Source: Eledone cirrhosa
Taxonomy: Eukaryota
Direction of reading: 5' to 3'
Assembly (NCBI GenBank): GCA_964016885.1
Contig: OZ024743.1
Coordinates: 219,480,001 to 219,544,000, forward strand
Length of the DNA: 64,000 bases
Shown here: positions 1 through 13,500 of the stretch, piece by piece
Position numbering within the stretch: the first letter of the stretch is position 1
Layout: every line of letters begins with the position of its first letter
Translations under genes and position numbers: made by a program
The notes under the pieces: model-generated
Told to the model about the DNA's origin: nothing
Database searches by the model: none
The model's input: the letters and a program-made list of their open reading frames with translations, nothing else

Positions 1-1059
1 AAGTTACTGCTGTTGTTATTGGTGGTAGTGTTTCTGTTGTTGGTGTTAGTGGTGGTGTTGCTGCAGTTGCAGGTACTGCTCTCACTATTGCTGATGCTAC
101 CAGGGTTGGTGCCACTGTTGTTGTTTGCTGTTAAAAAGCACTGAAATGCCTGCAAACTGTTTGATTCTTGTGTTGTGCTGTCTGTTGGGCATTATCTCTG
201 TAGCGCTCTCTAGACAAAGGGAAGTAGCCAAAGTTACTTCCCGTAGAATTTCTAGAATACCCCTTGAACTTCCGTTTCAGAGATTATAAAAGAAGGAGCA
301 AAGGACAATCTACCTCTTTTCCACCTCTTGGCCTTAAGGCCAGGCATGGTTACGCCAAAGGTATACACTCTCTTTCACCAACGGCTCTAGAACTGACCAC
401 ACCAAGCACAGATGCTAAACTTTTCTAATCCTATCCTATACCTCAGGATTACATCACATCATGGCACGAGGTACGTTTCACTACCAAAATTGTAACAAGC
501 TACTTCAATAAATGCAAATTGTTACTGATCCACTTTTCCGAAGTATTCGTCATGTTTCAATTACTACATCGTCATTTCTTTTACATCTTCTAAACAAATT
601 AAATTAGTGGTTGGCATGTAGTGGTATTTACTGGAGTGGATAACCCTATGGCCAATTCACTAAATCTCCTTCAGTGCTTTTTCTATTTCAGTGTGAGTTG
701 CTGGCTCCAGCCATCCCGTGTTTGTAGGCATGCCTTTGTATACCGATATCAATGCTTTTTCTCTGTTGCTGCCAACACCTTGGAGAAGGGGGCTACATAA
801 GCCCATACTTTTTGTAGTTTAATTAGTTTGGCTACTTGGAGTAAATATGTGTCATTTTCTGAAATGAACATGCTGAAAATTTGCTTTGCTTTTGTAGCCA
901 TTGCTGCAAATGTATTATTTTCTGTATTACTAATATTTTTGTGGGTACTACTACTACTACTACCACCACCATTTTAAATGAGAACATAAAAGGCCGTAAC
1001 TCCATGCTGCGAAACATTTTGTCTGATGCTTACTGCTACTGTCAAATAAAAATTATAAT

Positions 1060-1272
1060 AATGGTTTCTTATATAGGCACAAGGCCAGTAATTTTGGGGG
1101 AGGGGAAAGTCGATTAAATCGACCCCAGTGCGTGACTGGTACTTTAATTTATCGACCCCCGTAAGGATGAAAGGCAAAGTTAACCTCGGCAGGATATGAA
1201 CTCAGATCATAAAGGGTCGTAACTCTATGCTGCAAAGCATGGTGTCTGATCCTCTATGAATATTACCACTTC
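1060..1272 (-). mobile_element. tRNA-derived SINE, family A. Further copies at about 3282-3465(-), 4370-4533(-), 17000-17145, 36610-36975, 42066-42256(-), 45010-45230, 51105-51297, 53017-53420, 53651-53857, 57190-57300(-), 58880-59450
   Basis: Shared layout: A-box/B-box-like head (TGGCAGAATCGGTAGAG...GAGTTCAAATCCC), core AACTTTGCCTTTCATCCTTACGGGGTCGATAAAATAAAGTACCAGT and tail TTGCTGGCCTTGTGCC...AGAAAC(ATT)n, seen more than 12 times in the window. Confidence 0.8.
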
Positions 1273-1519
1273 AAATAATAATAATAATAATTACAAGAGA
1301 AAGCACGATAACATTGCCAGATTGGTTCATTGGAAGATCTGTCATAAGTATACCATGAGCAAAAGTGAGAAATAAGTGAACAAGTGAGAACACCAACCGG
1401 AAAGGCTGACTGAAAATGAACAGTATAAGATCTTGTAGGACATGACCATCCATAATAACGATAGTGATTTCTACTATAGACACAAGGCCAGCAATTTGGT
1501 GGGAGGGGAAAGCCAAATA

Positions 1520-1825
1520 AATCAACCCCAGTGCATTACTGGTGTGCCAAAGACTGGATTGTGACTTTGTTGCCACGCCGCGCCTCCACCACCTGGGCCC
1601 ATTGAATGGCTTTCGTCCCCTCATGTCTTAATTCACATGCCCTAGCTCTGACAATACAGCCTTCATGCTTAGTGTTGAAGAATTGGTTGAGGGCCAATCT
1701 CATCACTTGCATGTCAGTCGCGATGCTTTTTCTAAGCTCCTCATCTAGTTTTCTAACTAGTTCTCCCTTTTGTCTATAGGCCCATCTGTCCTTGATGCAG
1801 AAATTACTAACAAGCAAGGACTAGC
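1520..1825 (-). mobile_element. L1/Tx1-like LINE ORF2 linker fragment
   Basis: ORF 1536-1817 reads KHEGCIVRARACELRHEGTKAIQWAQVVEARRG, resembling the GxxxRSRxxxxxEGEK region between endonuclease and RT of L1/Tx1 ORF2. Confidence 0.5.
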
Positions 1826-1827
1826 CC

Positions 1828-2476
1828 ATTCTGTGGAGACAGAGGAAAGTGTAATCACATCATATCTGAGTGTAAAAACCTAGCCCAAACTCATTATAAA
1901 GGATGGAGGCATGATATCATAGGGAAAGTGATTCACTGACATTTATGCAAACTGAACAAATTACCTCATTCTGAGAAATAGTATGAGCATAAGCCAGAGT
2001 TGATGGTAGAAAATGACTGGGTGAAGGTGTTGTGGGATTTCAGGATACAAATGGACAAAAAATCAGAACACAATAGGCCTGACCTGGTGGTTTTCGACAA
2101 GGAAAAAAGATCTTACTTGATTATAGATATAGTTTGTCCCATTGACACGAAAGTGCAAGAAAAGAAAGCGAAAATTAACCGGTACCAGGATTTAAAATGA
2201 TAACTGAAAATGATTTGGAATTGTCATGAGATTAAGGTCATCCCCATCATCATAGGAGCACTGGTACTATTTCAAAGAGCTTCCAAGGTGGGTTAAAGAA
2301 CATTAATCCAGCCCTCTTTGTTGGAAAACTCCAGAAGACATGCCTACTGGGAACAGCAAGGACCCTCTGATATGTCCTGAATATCTGAGGCTGCAGGTAG
2401 CAGCTTGATGTACATAAGGGCAAATGTTTTAGTTAAATAACAACAAAGACTGAGATATCTATGTAATAATAATAAT
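1828..2476 (+). mobile_element. R4/Dong-like non-LTR retrotransposon 3' fragment (CCHC finger plus restriction-like endonuclease), degenerate
   Basis: HIISECKNLA, WRHD, VLWDFRIQ, NRPDLVVFD, LIIDIVCP, KINRYQDL, VIPIIIGA with stops; ends in a (TAA)n tail. Confidence 0.8.
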
Positions 2477-2988
2477 TTCTTTATTGGTCACTTGAAGTAA
2501 AATCATTAACAATAATTGTATAATAATTGGAGAGTAATTAACACCGGATCCAACAATAATGATGATTATATTGATTGTCATCTGTGTTTGTCTGTGATGT
2601 TAAGAGATAACTGCGTTTTTTATATTAGTTAGAAGTGAACATGCAGTGAAAGAAGTATTATTTCTCTTTGTCACCCTCTTCCTCACTCTCACTGCCTCTC
2701 TTTCTCTCTTCCACACTCTCACTGCCTCTCTTTCTCACTCTCTCTCAGTCTCACTGCCTCTCTTTCTCCCTTTCTCACTCTCACTGTATTTATCTATCTA
2801 TCTGTCTATATCCTTCCATACTTAATTTTGATGATAGTCAGTTGATGGAACAAGTTATGAACCAGAAAAAAATAGCACCGGTGGTTAATATGAGTAAACA
2901 TAAATAGACACACACACACACAATACACATATGTAAATGATGATGATGATGATGATGATGGAGATTACGATGATATATATATATTTAG

Positions 2989-3571
2989 AAATTTCGTAAT
3001 TCTAAAGAAACATGGTATGTTTACAGGTAAACATTTAGAAAGCAGCCGTAGCTATGCAAAAAGAAACTGGGGCTAACGCCCTCTGGTGGTGTCCAGCAGA
3101 AGCAAGGAGGACAATCGTCGATGCATTTCGGACTTAACTGGTCCTCATCAGGACGATCCCTCCCACACTTGCGACTGCTGGACTTGAAAACAGTTGAGAA
3201 TATATAGTTTTCTCGTCTGTGTAAATGAGGCGATTAATTTCATTTGTATATGAAGTTGCATAAGTTGGCTCAACTTATAATTGTTTCTACTTTTGGCACA
3301 AGGCCAGCAATTATCCTAGTGCATTACTGGTACTTTATTTTATCGACCCCGTAAGGATGAAAGGCAAAGTTAACCTCGGCGGGATTTGAACTCAGACCAT
3401 AAAGGGCTATAACTCTTTGCTGCAAAGCATGGCATCATGCCCTCTACCGATACCGCCAATCCACCAACTTATAATAGAATAGAATTAGGCGTTATCCCCA
3501 GTGTTTTTTGCATAGCTACAGCTTTATAAATGTTTACCTATAAACACTGTTTTTTTAGAAATACGAAATTT
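2989..3571. mobile_element. Inverted-repeat-bounded (foldback/MITE-like) element carrying a hammerhead ribozyme and a nested SINE
   Basis: Arms 2989-3080 and 3488-3571 are imperfect reverse complements (AAATTTCGTAATTCTAAA...GGGGCTAACGCC / GGCGTTATCCCC...TTTAGAAATACGAAATTT), flanked by TA-rich sequence; the internal SINE is flanked by the direct repeat CAACTTATAAT. Confidence 0.75.
3114..3157 (-). ncRNA. Minimal type I hammerhead ribozyme (Penelope/retrozyme-like)
   Basis: Minus strand ATCGTC-CTGATGA-GGAC-CAGTTAA-GTCC-GAAA-TGCA-TC-GACGAT: intact core, 6-bp stem I, 4-bp stem II, palindromic stem III region (ATGCAT), AUC cleavage triplet. Confidence 0.85.
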
Positions 3572-3876
3572 ATATACATTTCTGTATACAGCTATGCCTA
3601 AGCTAAATCCTAATTCTATATATATATATATTGATTTTGTACCTAATTATGTATGGTTAACTATATGTCTAGTCAATATCTACAGGCTATCAGAAATACT
3701 AGGTAAATTTTCTGTAGCTGTGAGTCACGGATAAAAAGCTATATCATTTATCTATTGTTTCTTCATAAGTATATTTAAAACTTATAGCCCCGTTTAAATG
3801 ATTTTTTATGTGGTTGATTTATGCTGATTGGGAGAAGAAATACTGTATATATTTTATCTAATGATTCTATGGACTT

Positions 3877-3927
<51 letters not shown>

Positions 3928-4649
3928 CCCATGCTAGCATGGAAGATAGACGTTAAACGATGATGATGATGATGATGTTGATATATATTTATTATTAGTA
4001 CAGATTAAAGTTTAAGAAAAAAATTTCTGCTTTCACCCTATTACGGGATCTTTAAATTTTGGTCTTCGTAATTATTATTACTATTATTACTATATATACA
4101 TGAATCTAGTCGGACTAGCATTTCTAGATCTTGTTCATTTGTGAGATAATGAAACACATGTCAATTGCATAATAAATGTTGATCCTCTAACTGTGATGTT
4201 GTCATATTCATACTTCTTATTATATTATATATATAAAGGATAAAGATCCCTTAACTCCTTGTGGAGTCATAGAGGCACCGTCATACGGTGTGTCTAGGGC
4301 ACTTTTAAACCTGGCGGAGCCCAACCCTCTCCAGGTCTGAACACAGCTGATTTTTTCTATAGAGGAAGAATCAACCCCAGTACTGGACTGGTACTTTTTT
4401 TTTTATCGACATTGAAAGGATGAAAGGCAAAGTTGACCACGGCAGGATTTGGACTCAGAGAGTACAATGGGGTGGGACGAATACCGTAAAGCATTCTATC
4501 TGATGTCTTAACGACTCTGCCAATTCACCGCCTTATATATACTAACAGAAGATACGCCCTTAGGGTGGTTTTCTGCTAGCATACGTAGTGTGCATATTGG
4601 TATTATACGCAAATATATATATGTATTTAGATATGTAAATTGACAATAT

Positions 4650-5330
4650 CTTCTTCCTCACCCACTTATTTCTGAGAGGGTCGTGGGGGGCAGAGTCCTC
4701 CTCAAACACTGCTTCCAGCGAGTCTGTCAGAAGAAAACATTTCTAACTGATCCAGCTGGATCCAAAAGCGTGACCAGCCAAGCTCAGGGATGTTATCCAA
4801 CTATCTTGCACAGGGTCTACCTCTGGTTCTCCTGCCGGTTAGTTTTGCCTGTAAAATCTGTCCAGCGATTCTTTTCTGAGACATTCTAACCATATGTCCA
4901 TAGTATTGGAGCTGTAATCTCTCAACCCGGAGAAGTAGTGGCTCTACCTGGAGTGACTCTCCGATCTCTGAGTTATGCACTTTATCAACTAAAGTTACTC
5001 CAAAGACCCTTCAGAGGAACCCCATTTTGGCTGCTTGTATTCGCAATCATATTCTTTCAGTCATTACCCAAGATTCATGATCCTCGGTAAGAGTTGGCAG
5101 GAATACCAGGAAGACAGCAAGTTTGGCTTTTACACTTACCTCCCTTCATCTGATTGCTGAAGCTGGCGCATTACTGCATCAGCTTTTGCAATTCTTGCAC
5201 TTAATTCAGCCTCCTGACTTCCATCTTTCATGAATACGGCCCCAAGATACTTGAACTACTCTACCTGCTTGAGTGGAACTCCATTCACATGTATATAAAT
5301 TTGAGCGACTTCTGTCCATCCGTCCATCAC
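4650..5330 (-). mobile_element. Decayed RTE (Rex3/Expander-like) RT C-terminal fragment. Related pieces at 10800-11035(+), 17990-18140(-), 31590-32230(-)
   Basis: LKQVE.FKYLGAVFM.DG.QEAELSARIAKADAVMRQL and downstream RT/thumb-like peptides, with stops and frameshifts. Confidence 0.7.
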
Positions 5331-5529
5331 ACAATGTGTATGTGTGTGAATGTTTGAGTGTGCAAAAGGAAAGAAGGGGATACACACATATATATGTCTC
5401 TAACTTAAAAACAGTGACACACACATATATATATAAATATATATATATGACACACACACCACGTCTAATTTAAGATCGCCGACAAACTCACGTGCGTACA
5501 CATACACACACTGTCCCATTACCACTTAA

Positions 5530-5960
5530 GAGCTTTGGCCCGGGCAAACATCCCCTCAATTTTGGAATCGTCTGGTTTGTCCAGAATTGATGGGATAAGA
5601 CCTGATGGTCTTATCCCTCCTGTGTCTCTGGTCAAGAGGCAGGTACTTTATCTGGGACGCCACAGTTAGTGACTTTTTCTTCTTCCCTTATCCTGGGTGT
5701 AGTGGTAAGGGTGAGAGCGACTACATCCGCAGCTGAATGGAATAAAATCTTAAAATACCCTACATTTTCCAGCCTGTGGCGTTCAAGACGTTTGGCGGAA
5801 TTGCACTACTGACTGTGAGATTCTTACCTTCACTGGTGGCTCACCTAACTGAAGTAACTGGTGATGCTCGTCAGGGTGCTTGGTTGTTCCAGCACCTCAG
5901 CCTCACCATCACCTGAGGTAACGCTGCGAGCATGCTGGATTGCCTAAAAAATTATTATAG
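5530..5960 (+). mobile_element. CRE-like non-LTR retrotransposon restriction-like endonuclease fragment
   Basis: RPDGL, WSRGRYFIWDATVSD, PVAFKTFGG, TGDARQGAWLFQHLSLTIT*GNAASML; this segment is absent from the paralogous Helitron copy at about 32354. Confidence 0.7.
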
Positions 5961-6757
5961 AGGTTTCCCAGTGCTCCTCGTGATATTATTATCTTTTTGC
6001 TCTGGTAGTGGCTCGTTTGTCCACCCCTTTTGTTGTATCTGGTCCTAGATGTGAGTGCTACCTTCTGTTTTTTCTCTTTGTTTTTTCTCTTTCTTTTGTA
6101 TATATTATATTTGTTTGTGTTTTCATTCTGTAATCATTATATTATTATATTTTTTATACATATAAATGTATGTATATGCACATACACACACACACACACA
6201 TACACGTCAGCGTGTTGCAAAAAATCCTAATCTCTTCATCTTTCTCTTTCACTCTCTCTCTCTCTATCTATATATATATATTTGCCACATAGTCACTCTC
6301 TCTCTCTCTCTTCACACACTCTCTCTTTCTTTCTCACACTGTCTATATATATATGGTAGTTGAAGTGGTGATGGTGGTGGTAGTGATATACCAGAAGTTG
6401 AAATTTGAAACTTTTAAAAGGAGTGAATCTTGAAATAAGTAATACATCAAATTATTTATGTTTTATCATGTGTTACAAAATTTAGTAGATAAATTATATA
6501 ATATTCATTCATTATTTATCCAAAGTAATCCAACTTATTTTACTAACGGGATAAAAAATATATATAAAACGGACGCTGTCCCACACTCCTCCCTTTATTA
6601 TATTAAAGATAGATAGATATATATTTGTGAGAGAGTGTGCATATAGATATAGATATACTAGATATATAAAGAAATATTTGTTTGTATCGCACTATATTGC
6701 AGCTGAATGTCATGTCCAGTCTTCATTGAATAGTAACTTACATGTTAAAGGGAGGTC

Positions 6758-6864
6758 CTAAATATTTAAAATAATCCCTTGGTCAATAAGTTCTGTCTGT
6801 ATTCTTGCATCCATTCTTTCATTTTGTGCGACAGTCAACCATTCCTTCCAGGCAGAAACCTTAC
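6758..6864 (-). CDS. Sulfotransferase coding exon 5 (GKVSAWKEWLTVAQNERMDARIQTELIDQGIILNI*)
   Basis: ttacag acceptor, TAG at 6758-6760, C-terminal SULT motif. Confidence 0.85.
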
Positions 6865-7553
6865 CTGTAATTAATAGATGTAGAGAACAAGAGGATAAGG
6901 TATTGGATATCAGGAAGCATGGTAACATTTATAAAAATTATTCATTACAAGATACAGTAAAACTCAAAAGATAACTTTTATGCATTTTGGAGATCTTTAT
7001 CTCTTCATTATTCTGCCAACAGAGGGATCTTACTATAGCAGCACTATATGTCAAGTGTAATTTAGAATACAGCTGAAATGATCTGTCTAATTTGCATAAT
7101 ATTCATCCATTTGGAAGTGTAATTTATTATCCTTGTGACATGCAGCTGATTGTTGCACTTAATAGTGAATTGATAGTTGTTTTTGTTTTTGTTTCCTCCT
7201 TTTTTTCTTCCTCTCACTCATATATTTTGGTGAGTTGCTTTTGTGAGATTCCTAGCAATGGTTAATTGCATTTGTTATGTGTTTATCAACGACATTATAT
7301 TTATAATGTTATTTTGAAAGAATTGTGAGCAATTTGTAATGTTATTTATGTATATTCGTAATGCTATTTATACAACTGTGAACAAAATAAAAATTTAATC
7401 AATAATTAATTAATTAAATGTCCTAATTGCTGAAGCTTACGGCAGAGATGACAAAGGATCGTTGTGTGAGGAGAGATGCTATGCTGAAAAAGACTTGTCC
7501 AAATCATGCAAGCATGGAAAAGCAGATATAATAAGATGATGATGATAAAGGTG

Positions 7554-7590
<37 letters not shown>

Positions 7591-10500
7591 ACCCTCACCA
7601 AGTAATACAAAATGGTGCCATACCCAATGATTGGCATAGCAGCATCATCTTAAACTGCTACAAGGGCAAATATGATATGCTAGACAAAGGGATCTATCGA
7701 GGCATCAGGCTGATGGACCAGGTCATGAAAGTTACAGAAAGAGTCATTGTACAACTAATTAGGGATTGAATTAACTTAGATGAGATGCAGTTCATCCAAC
7801 CGATGCAAGCATGGAAATGATGATGATGATTTGTGCATGGAAAAAGTACCATGGATGCCTTCTTCCTTATGAGGCAACTGCAGGTAAAGTAACAAGCTAA
7901 AAGCAAACCTCTCTACTTAGCATTTGTCGACCTAGATGAAACGTTTGACAGGGTCTCCTGTTCTGTAATCTGATGAGCACTTAAGAAACTAGGTGTAGAA
8001 GGGTAGCTTGTGAGGGGTCTAAGCCATGTACAGAGGTGCTGTCAGCACGGAGTTTAGTGAGCAAGTTGGGGTCCTTAGCCCTCTCCTGTTTATCATACAC
8101 CGCCAGGCTATAACAGAAGAGTTTAAAACAGGATGTCCATGAGAACTCCTGTATGCTGATGATCTAACACTCATAGCTGAATCTATGACAGAACCAAAGA
8201 AAACATTATCCACCAGGAATCAAAAGGTCTGAAAGTCAACTTGGCAAAGACCAAAGTTCTAGTAAGTAGTAAGGATAACAAGGCCAAACCCCACTCAAAG
8301 AAATGGCCCTGCTCAGTGTGCAGGAAAGGAGTGGATTGAAAAATCTATCCTCTGTCTCAAATGCAAGCTATGGGTACACAAGAGATGTAGTGGAATCTCA
8401 GGTAAGTTAGCTAAGAACATAGGTTTTACATGTGACTGTTGCACAGAAGCAATAAGTATCAAATGCTATCAAATTCTTGGAAGGTTCCGTAGAAGCAGTT
8501 GACAGCTGCTGTTACCTGATTGACCAAATTAGCAGTGGAGGTGGGTGTGCTGAAAGTACAGAAGCCAGTGTGAGAACGAGATAGGAAACGTTCAGGGAAC
8601 TACTACCGTTGCTAGCTACAAAAGGTTTTTTTCCCTCAAAATGAAGGGCAGATTGTATGATGTGTATATGAACAACAATGTTACATGGTAGTGAGACCTG
8701 GGTGCTGTGTGCAGAGGATCTGTGATGATTTGGAAGAAATTAAGCTAGCATGCTTCATTGGATGTGTAATAGTAATATACATGAACGGGAAAGCATAAAT
8801 CAACTGAGAGGGAAACTGAGCCTAAGAGGGATCAGATGCAGTGTGCAGGAGAGAGATTGCAATGGTATCGACATGTGATGCATATGACAGCTGTATATAA
8901 AGGTGCAGAGCGCTTGATGTTGATAGAAGTTATGGAGTAAGGAGACCTATGGATGAGGTGATAAATGCTGACCATACACAATTGCACCTCTCAAAGGCAA
9001 TGACACAGGATCGAGATCTCTGGTGTTATGCAGTAATACAGAAGACCCACCTTCCCATGTGCACCAGTTGAAGCATATATCTAGTATGCACCACTTTCTC
9101 CTACCTTTCATACACTTCATCCATGTCCTAACACTCCACCCTACACCCCAACCGTTCACCAGATAAGTGCCCCACTCTAGATCTACCTCTTTAATCCCCA
9201 TGCACCTCACCCACCCGACTACACCCCAGTCCCTAGTCAACACTGCAAAGTAGTTGTTTTGGTGCCACAACATAAAGTGCCCAGTCCACACTGCAAAATG
9301 GTTATGTAGGTGTCACAACAAAAAGCGCTTAGTCCACACTGTAAAGTGATCATGTTGGTGACACGGTAAAAGGCACCCAGTCTACACTGTAAAGTGGTTG
9401 TGTAGGTGTCACAACAAAAAGCACCCAGTACACACTGTAAATGTGGTTGGCATTAGGAAGGGCATCCAGCCATAGAAACCAAGTCAAAATCAGCCCTGGA
9501 TGAGCAAAACAGTCATTTAATCTGGCTTGTCGCACAATGGGATAACTCATCTAACCCATGCTAACATGGAAAAATGGACGTTAAACGATGAAAATGATGA
9601 TATATATATATGCACACACACACAATATTAACATATATTTATTTATCTTTAATTCAAAATACATGTCAATGTATCTGTAAAAATCAATAGTGGGGAGGAG
9701 TTTCAAAGTAAAATACCGAAATACCTAACTTACCAGAACGGTAAAAACTATAATTTTCCTTGAATGTAATCTTAAGGACATCTTCTTTCACCTCTTTCTT
9801 GTCTTTTTTCATTTTATCGAATGAACATAAATCTGCAATATCCATAGCTAGTTCCTTTGAGATATCCTTACCAAGGAATTCAGCAATAGTTGAAACAGTA
9901 TTTGGGAGATTCTAAGAAAAATGATTAGACAGATAGACAGTTTAAATTTATTAAAATATTGAAGAGTATAAAAAAGTAGTTTCTTTTCTTCTGGTATTGT
10001 GGAATTTAAATTGCAGGGAGAGATGTGAGGTAGAATGGTTGTAAGTTAACCCATTTGATACCAAAATGCCTGAAAACACTCAGGCTTCTATGATGCAGAA
10101 CTTTGTTTTAAAAGTTTTTATATTTATGTAAAAACATCCCATCATAATTTTATGTAAGAACTTTTGTTGAGTTATGTTCCAAACACTAGCTAAATAATAG
10201 GAAAATTACCATATATACTCATATATAATCCGAGGAATATGTGACCCAAAAAAAAAATCGATGGTAAAATTGGGGTGGGGTGGCTTATATACACCATCTA
10301 AACAATGTGTTGATTAGCTGTCACAGCTGATAAGCAGGGTTTGGATTTTAGCCAATTTCTTAGATAATAGGTGGTGGAGGGGTATATACAGTATATTACA
10401 AAATCTTTCCAAATTCTTGATTATTTTCAAAATGATTTGAAAATCATAGGCAGTGTCTTTCATCAGAAATATGGTAAACTCTGCAAAGTGATATAAAAAT

Positions 10501-13500
10501 AGAAAAATTGAAAAAGCAAATAGATATGGTGAGGGGGCCAGTGATGATATCATAGGAACATGATGAAAAACTTTGCTACTCATAAGCAAATAATGAAAAA
10601 AATCTGGAACCACATCATAACAATCAGTGTATATGTTTATTGTTAGTTAAGAACACATGCACAAAAACAACAACAACAGCATTTACCTCTGAAGCATCTT
10701 TATATGTTATTATCAAAGCATTTGGGTTATCTTTGACTACTTGCCACCACTGTTTTATGTATTCAAAATAATCACCATATGGCACTGTACAATGAAACAA
10801 AAGGAGGAAATATTAAATTCATCTGGGAAATCAATCTATTGAGAAATTTTGAAACTATGGGCATGTGGTTAGAATGTCTCAGGAAAGAATCACTGGACAG
10901 ATTTTGTGGGCAAAACCAACCGGCAGGATACCCGGAGGTAGACCCTGAGCAAGATGGTTGCATAAAATCCATGAGCTTGGCTGGTCTTGCTTGGAGACGG
11001 TTGGAAACATCTTAGTTGCAGACAGTTGCTTCTGACAGGACCAGCTGAAAAGTTCATAGGCTGACTAAGATACTCTAAGGAATGATCAAATAAGGTATAT
11101 TTTTCAATAAAGTCCCTAGAAAAATACAATGCAGTTATTAATAAGAAGAGTTGAAATTAATGCATGCAAGATTTCAGAGCTCTTGCGTCACTCCTTCATA
11201 GTCACCCTATGAACTATTCAGCTGACCCATGAATATGTGTGAAATTATTAAACTGATTAGAAAAATTGTTGTTTTTCCTTTTGGGAAGTAGCTACAATGC
11301 AGATAACTATAAATAATAGTTCAATAAGTCAGATAAACTACAGAAATACCAGTGGGAATCAAATCATATTTAATCGTTACACCATAACACATTTGGTTGT
11401 CAGTTATCAACTTATGTAACTATTATTTTAGTTATCTGTATTTTGGTGGCTTCCCAAAAGAAAAAGCAAACATATTTCCAATTTCCTTAATGCTTTGTAA
11501 ATTACCCAAATGTTATTAAACTGATATTTACCATTACCCTTCATAAACAGCTCAAAAAATTCTGAGAATTTTCCATTGTACAATTTTTGTGATATGCCAA
11601 ATAGATGTCTGTAGTAAGATACAACCACAGCCTTAGGGTTACGTACAATGAAGATAATTTTGTTGTCCTTTAGCAATTTCGTCGGGAGAAGTTTTGAAGC
11701 ATAATGCGAATTCAGCAACCGTGGTGATTCCAATGATTCAAACTTTTCAAACTCTGTAAAATCCATCATATATTCCTCTTTAATACTTAGGATCCTCTCA
11801 GCTTTCCCTTTGACAATCATGCTAGTCACTTCCCATATCCAATGTGTACCTGTAAAAATCAAACAAAGAAAATATATACTTTGTTGTGAATGGTTTTATA
11901 TAAGAGATAGTCACTATTTTATTAAGTAGCAATAATACAGCAGTTAGACACGTGTGTGTGTGTGTATATATATAGCATGTATTACATGTCTGGATTTAAG
12001 AACAGATGGGGGTGGTTAGAGAGGCAATTAATAAAAGTTCGGATCTTACCAGGTTTATGATAAGGGCAGTATCATCCTGTATTAAGGTCTAGAGTTGCAT
12101 CGAGAAAGTTGACAATTTTATAGTTAGGTTCAATAGTAATAGAAAGACCAAAGTTTTTAAAGAATTTATGTAACTGCTTTTTAAGAGTCTCTATTCTACG
12201 TGTGTTAGTGTTATCAACTGTAAACAGCACATCGTCTCTATATAAACCTCCTTGTAGATGGGAAATTCATCCTTTAGCTTATGTAAAAGGAATATTCCAA
12301 CAAGGTCAGTGACCTGGGCAGAGTCACTTGATCCCATAGTTATGTTAGAGTTATTTGGTCTATTAGCCTTAGTCCAGTAACTACCATTGAATTCAATTAT
12401 AGTATGTCTAGCCATCAAAATAGTGTCAATTTTCTTTTTAGATAAATTAATATTAGTACTAGCTAAGATTAGGGTTTTATTAAGTAAAATAGGGGATATA
12501 GATGCATAGTAGTTATCTATGTCAAACTGTATAAAATTAAGACGATTCTTATCATTAATATAAAAATAATAATAATGAAATTATTGTGTACAGTGCTCAG
12601 GTGGACTACAACTCATGAAAGGTGCATGTATAGTACATAGAATAATGTACAAGTGTCAGGAAAATGAACAGTGTATGAGTCATGAAATATATGTGTGCGT
12701 GTGTATGGAGGGGAGACATCAGGTGTAGTGTTGGTGAATCTCAGGAAGCATGGAGGTTTTAAAGGATGCAGTGTCTCTACAGCTAACAACTGATGCAGGT
12801 AGTTTGTTCCATGCTACAGCAACTCTGAGCATGAAAAATGTTTCCGAGAGTCATGGGAGCTGTGTTGTTTTCTGACTTTGTGGGCATGCCCATGCGTGTT
12901 AGACACATGGAAATCAAAAAAGTACTCAGGGTTGTTTTTGGCAAGATGGTTAATAATTTTGTGGGTGTTTACCAAGTCAGTTGCCAGATGTCGGAGTTTC
13001 AATGTATTCATGCCCAGGGAAGCAAGGCGTTCAGAGTATGGTAGATGCCTGATGGAGGGTATTCACTTGGTTGCACGTCTCTGAACAGTTTAATACTAGT
13101 GAACCAGTGAAATACCAGGTCTGTATTGAGCCAGAGTTTAAAACTCAATTTTTTATTTAAAGTAGGTATAATATGGTTGAGTATGCGCTTACAAATCCGA
13201 CCTATATCGGGCTTATCAGTCTAATAGAGGGGTTATCTAGAAAGTTGCACCACTTGTGGTCCTTCAGAGAAAATTTAGGGGTCATAGGTATATAGGGGTA
13301 GGTGTATTTATCTATTCCTAAATCACTTACCATGGCTTTACCTATATTTATTTTGTTAAGGGTGGATATACTAGTTTTTTTTCTAAGATAGTTATTAACT
13401 GCTATCACCAATTGACATACTCACTCGCTAATAAAGTGTTTGATCCCACTTAGATCCCATTACTTTAATTTATTATCCCTCCCTCCTATATTTGAATATT

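Larger units (their letters stand above)
4542..6609 (-). mobile_element. Non-autonomous Helitron-like composite element, copy 1
   Basis: Minus-strand 5' end A|TCTTTAATATAATAAAGGG and 3' end ...TTAG|T; colinear with 31531-32600. Confidence 0.55.

Noticed and set aside
832-1177. Short ORFs over microsatellites and SINEs here and throughout the window
   Set aside because: They are low-complexity or SINE-derived translations with no coding signal.
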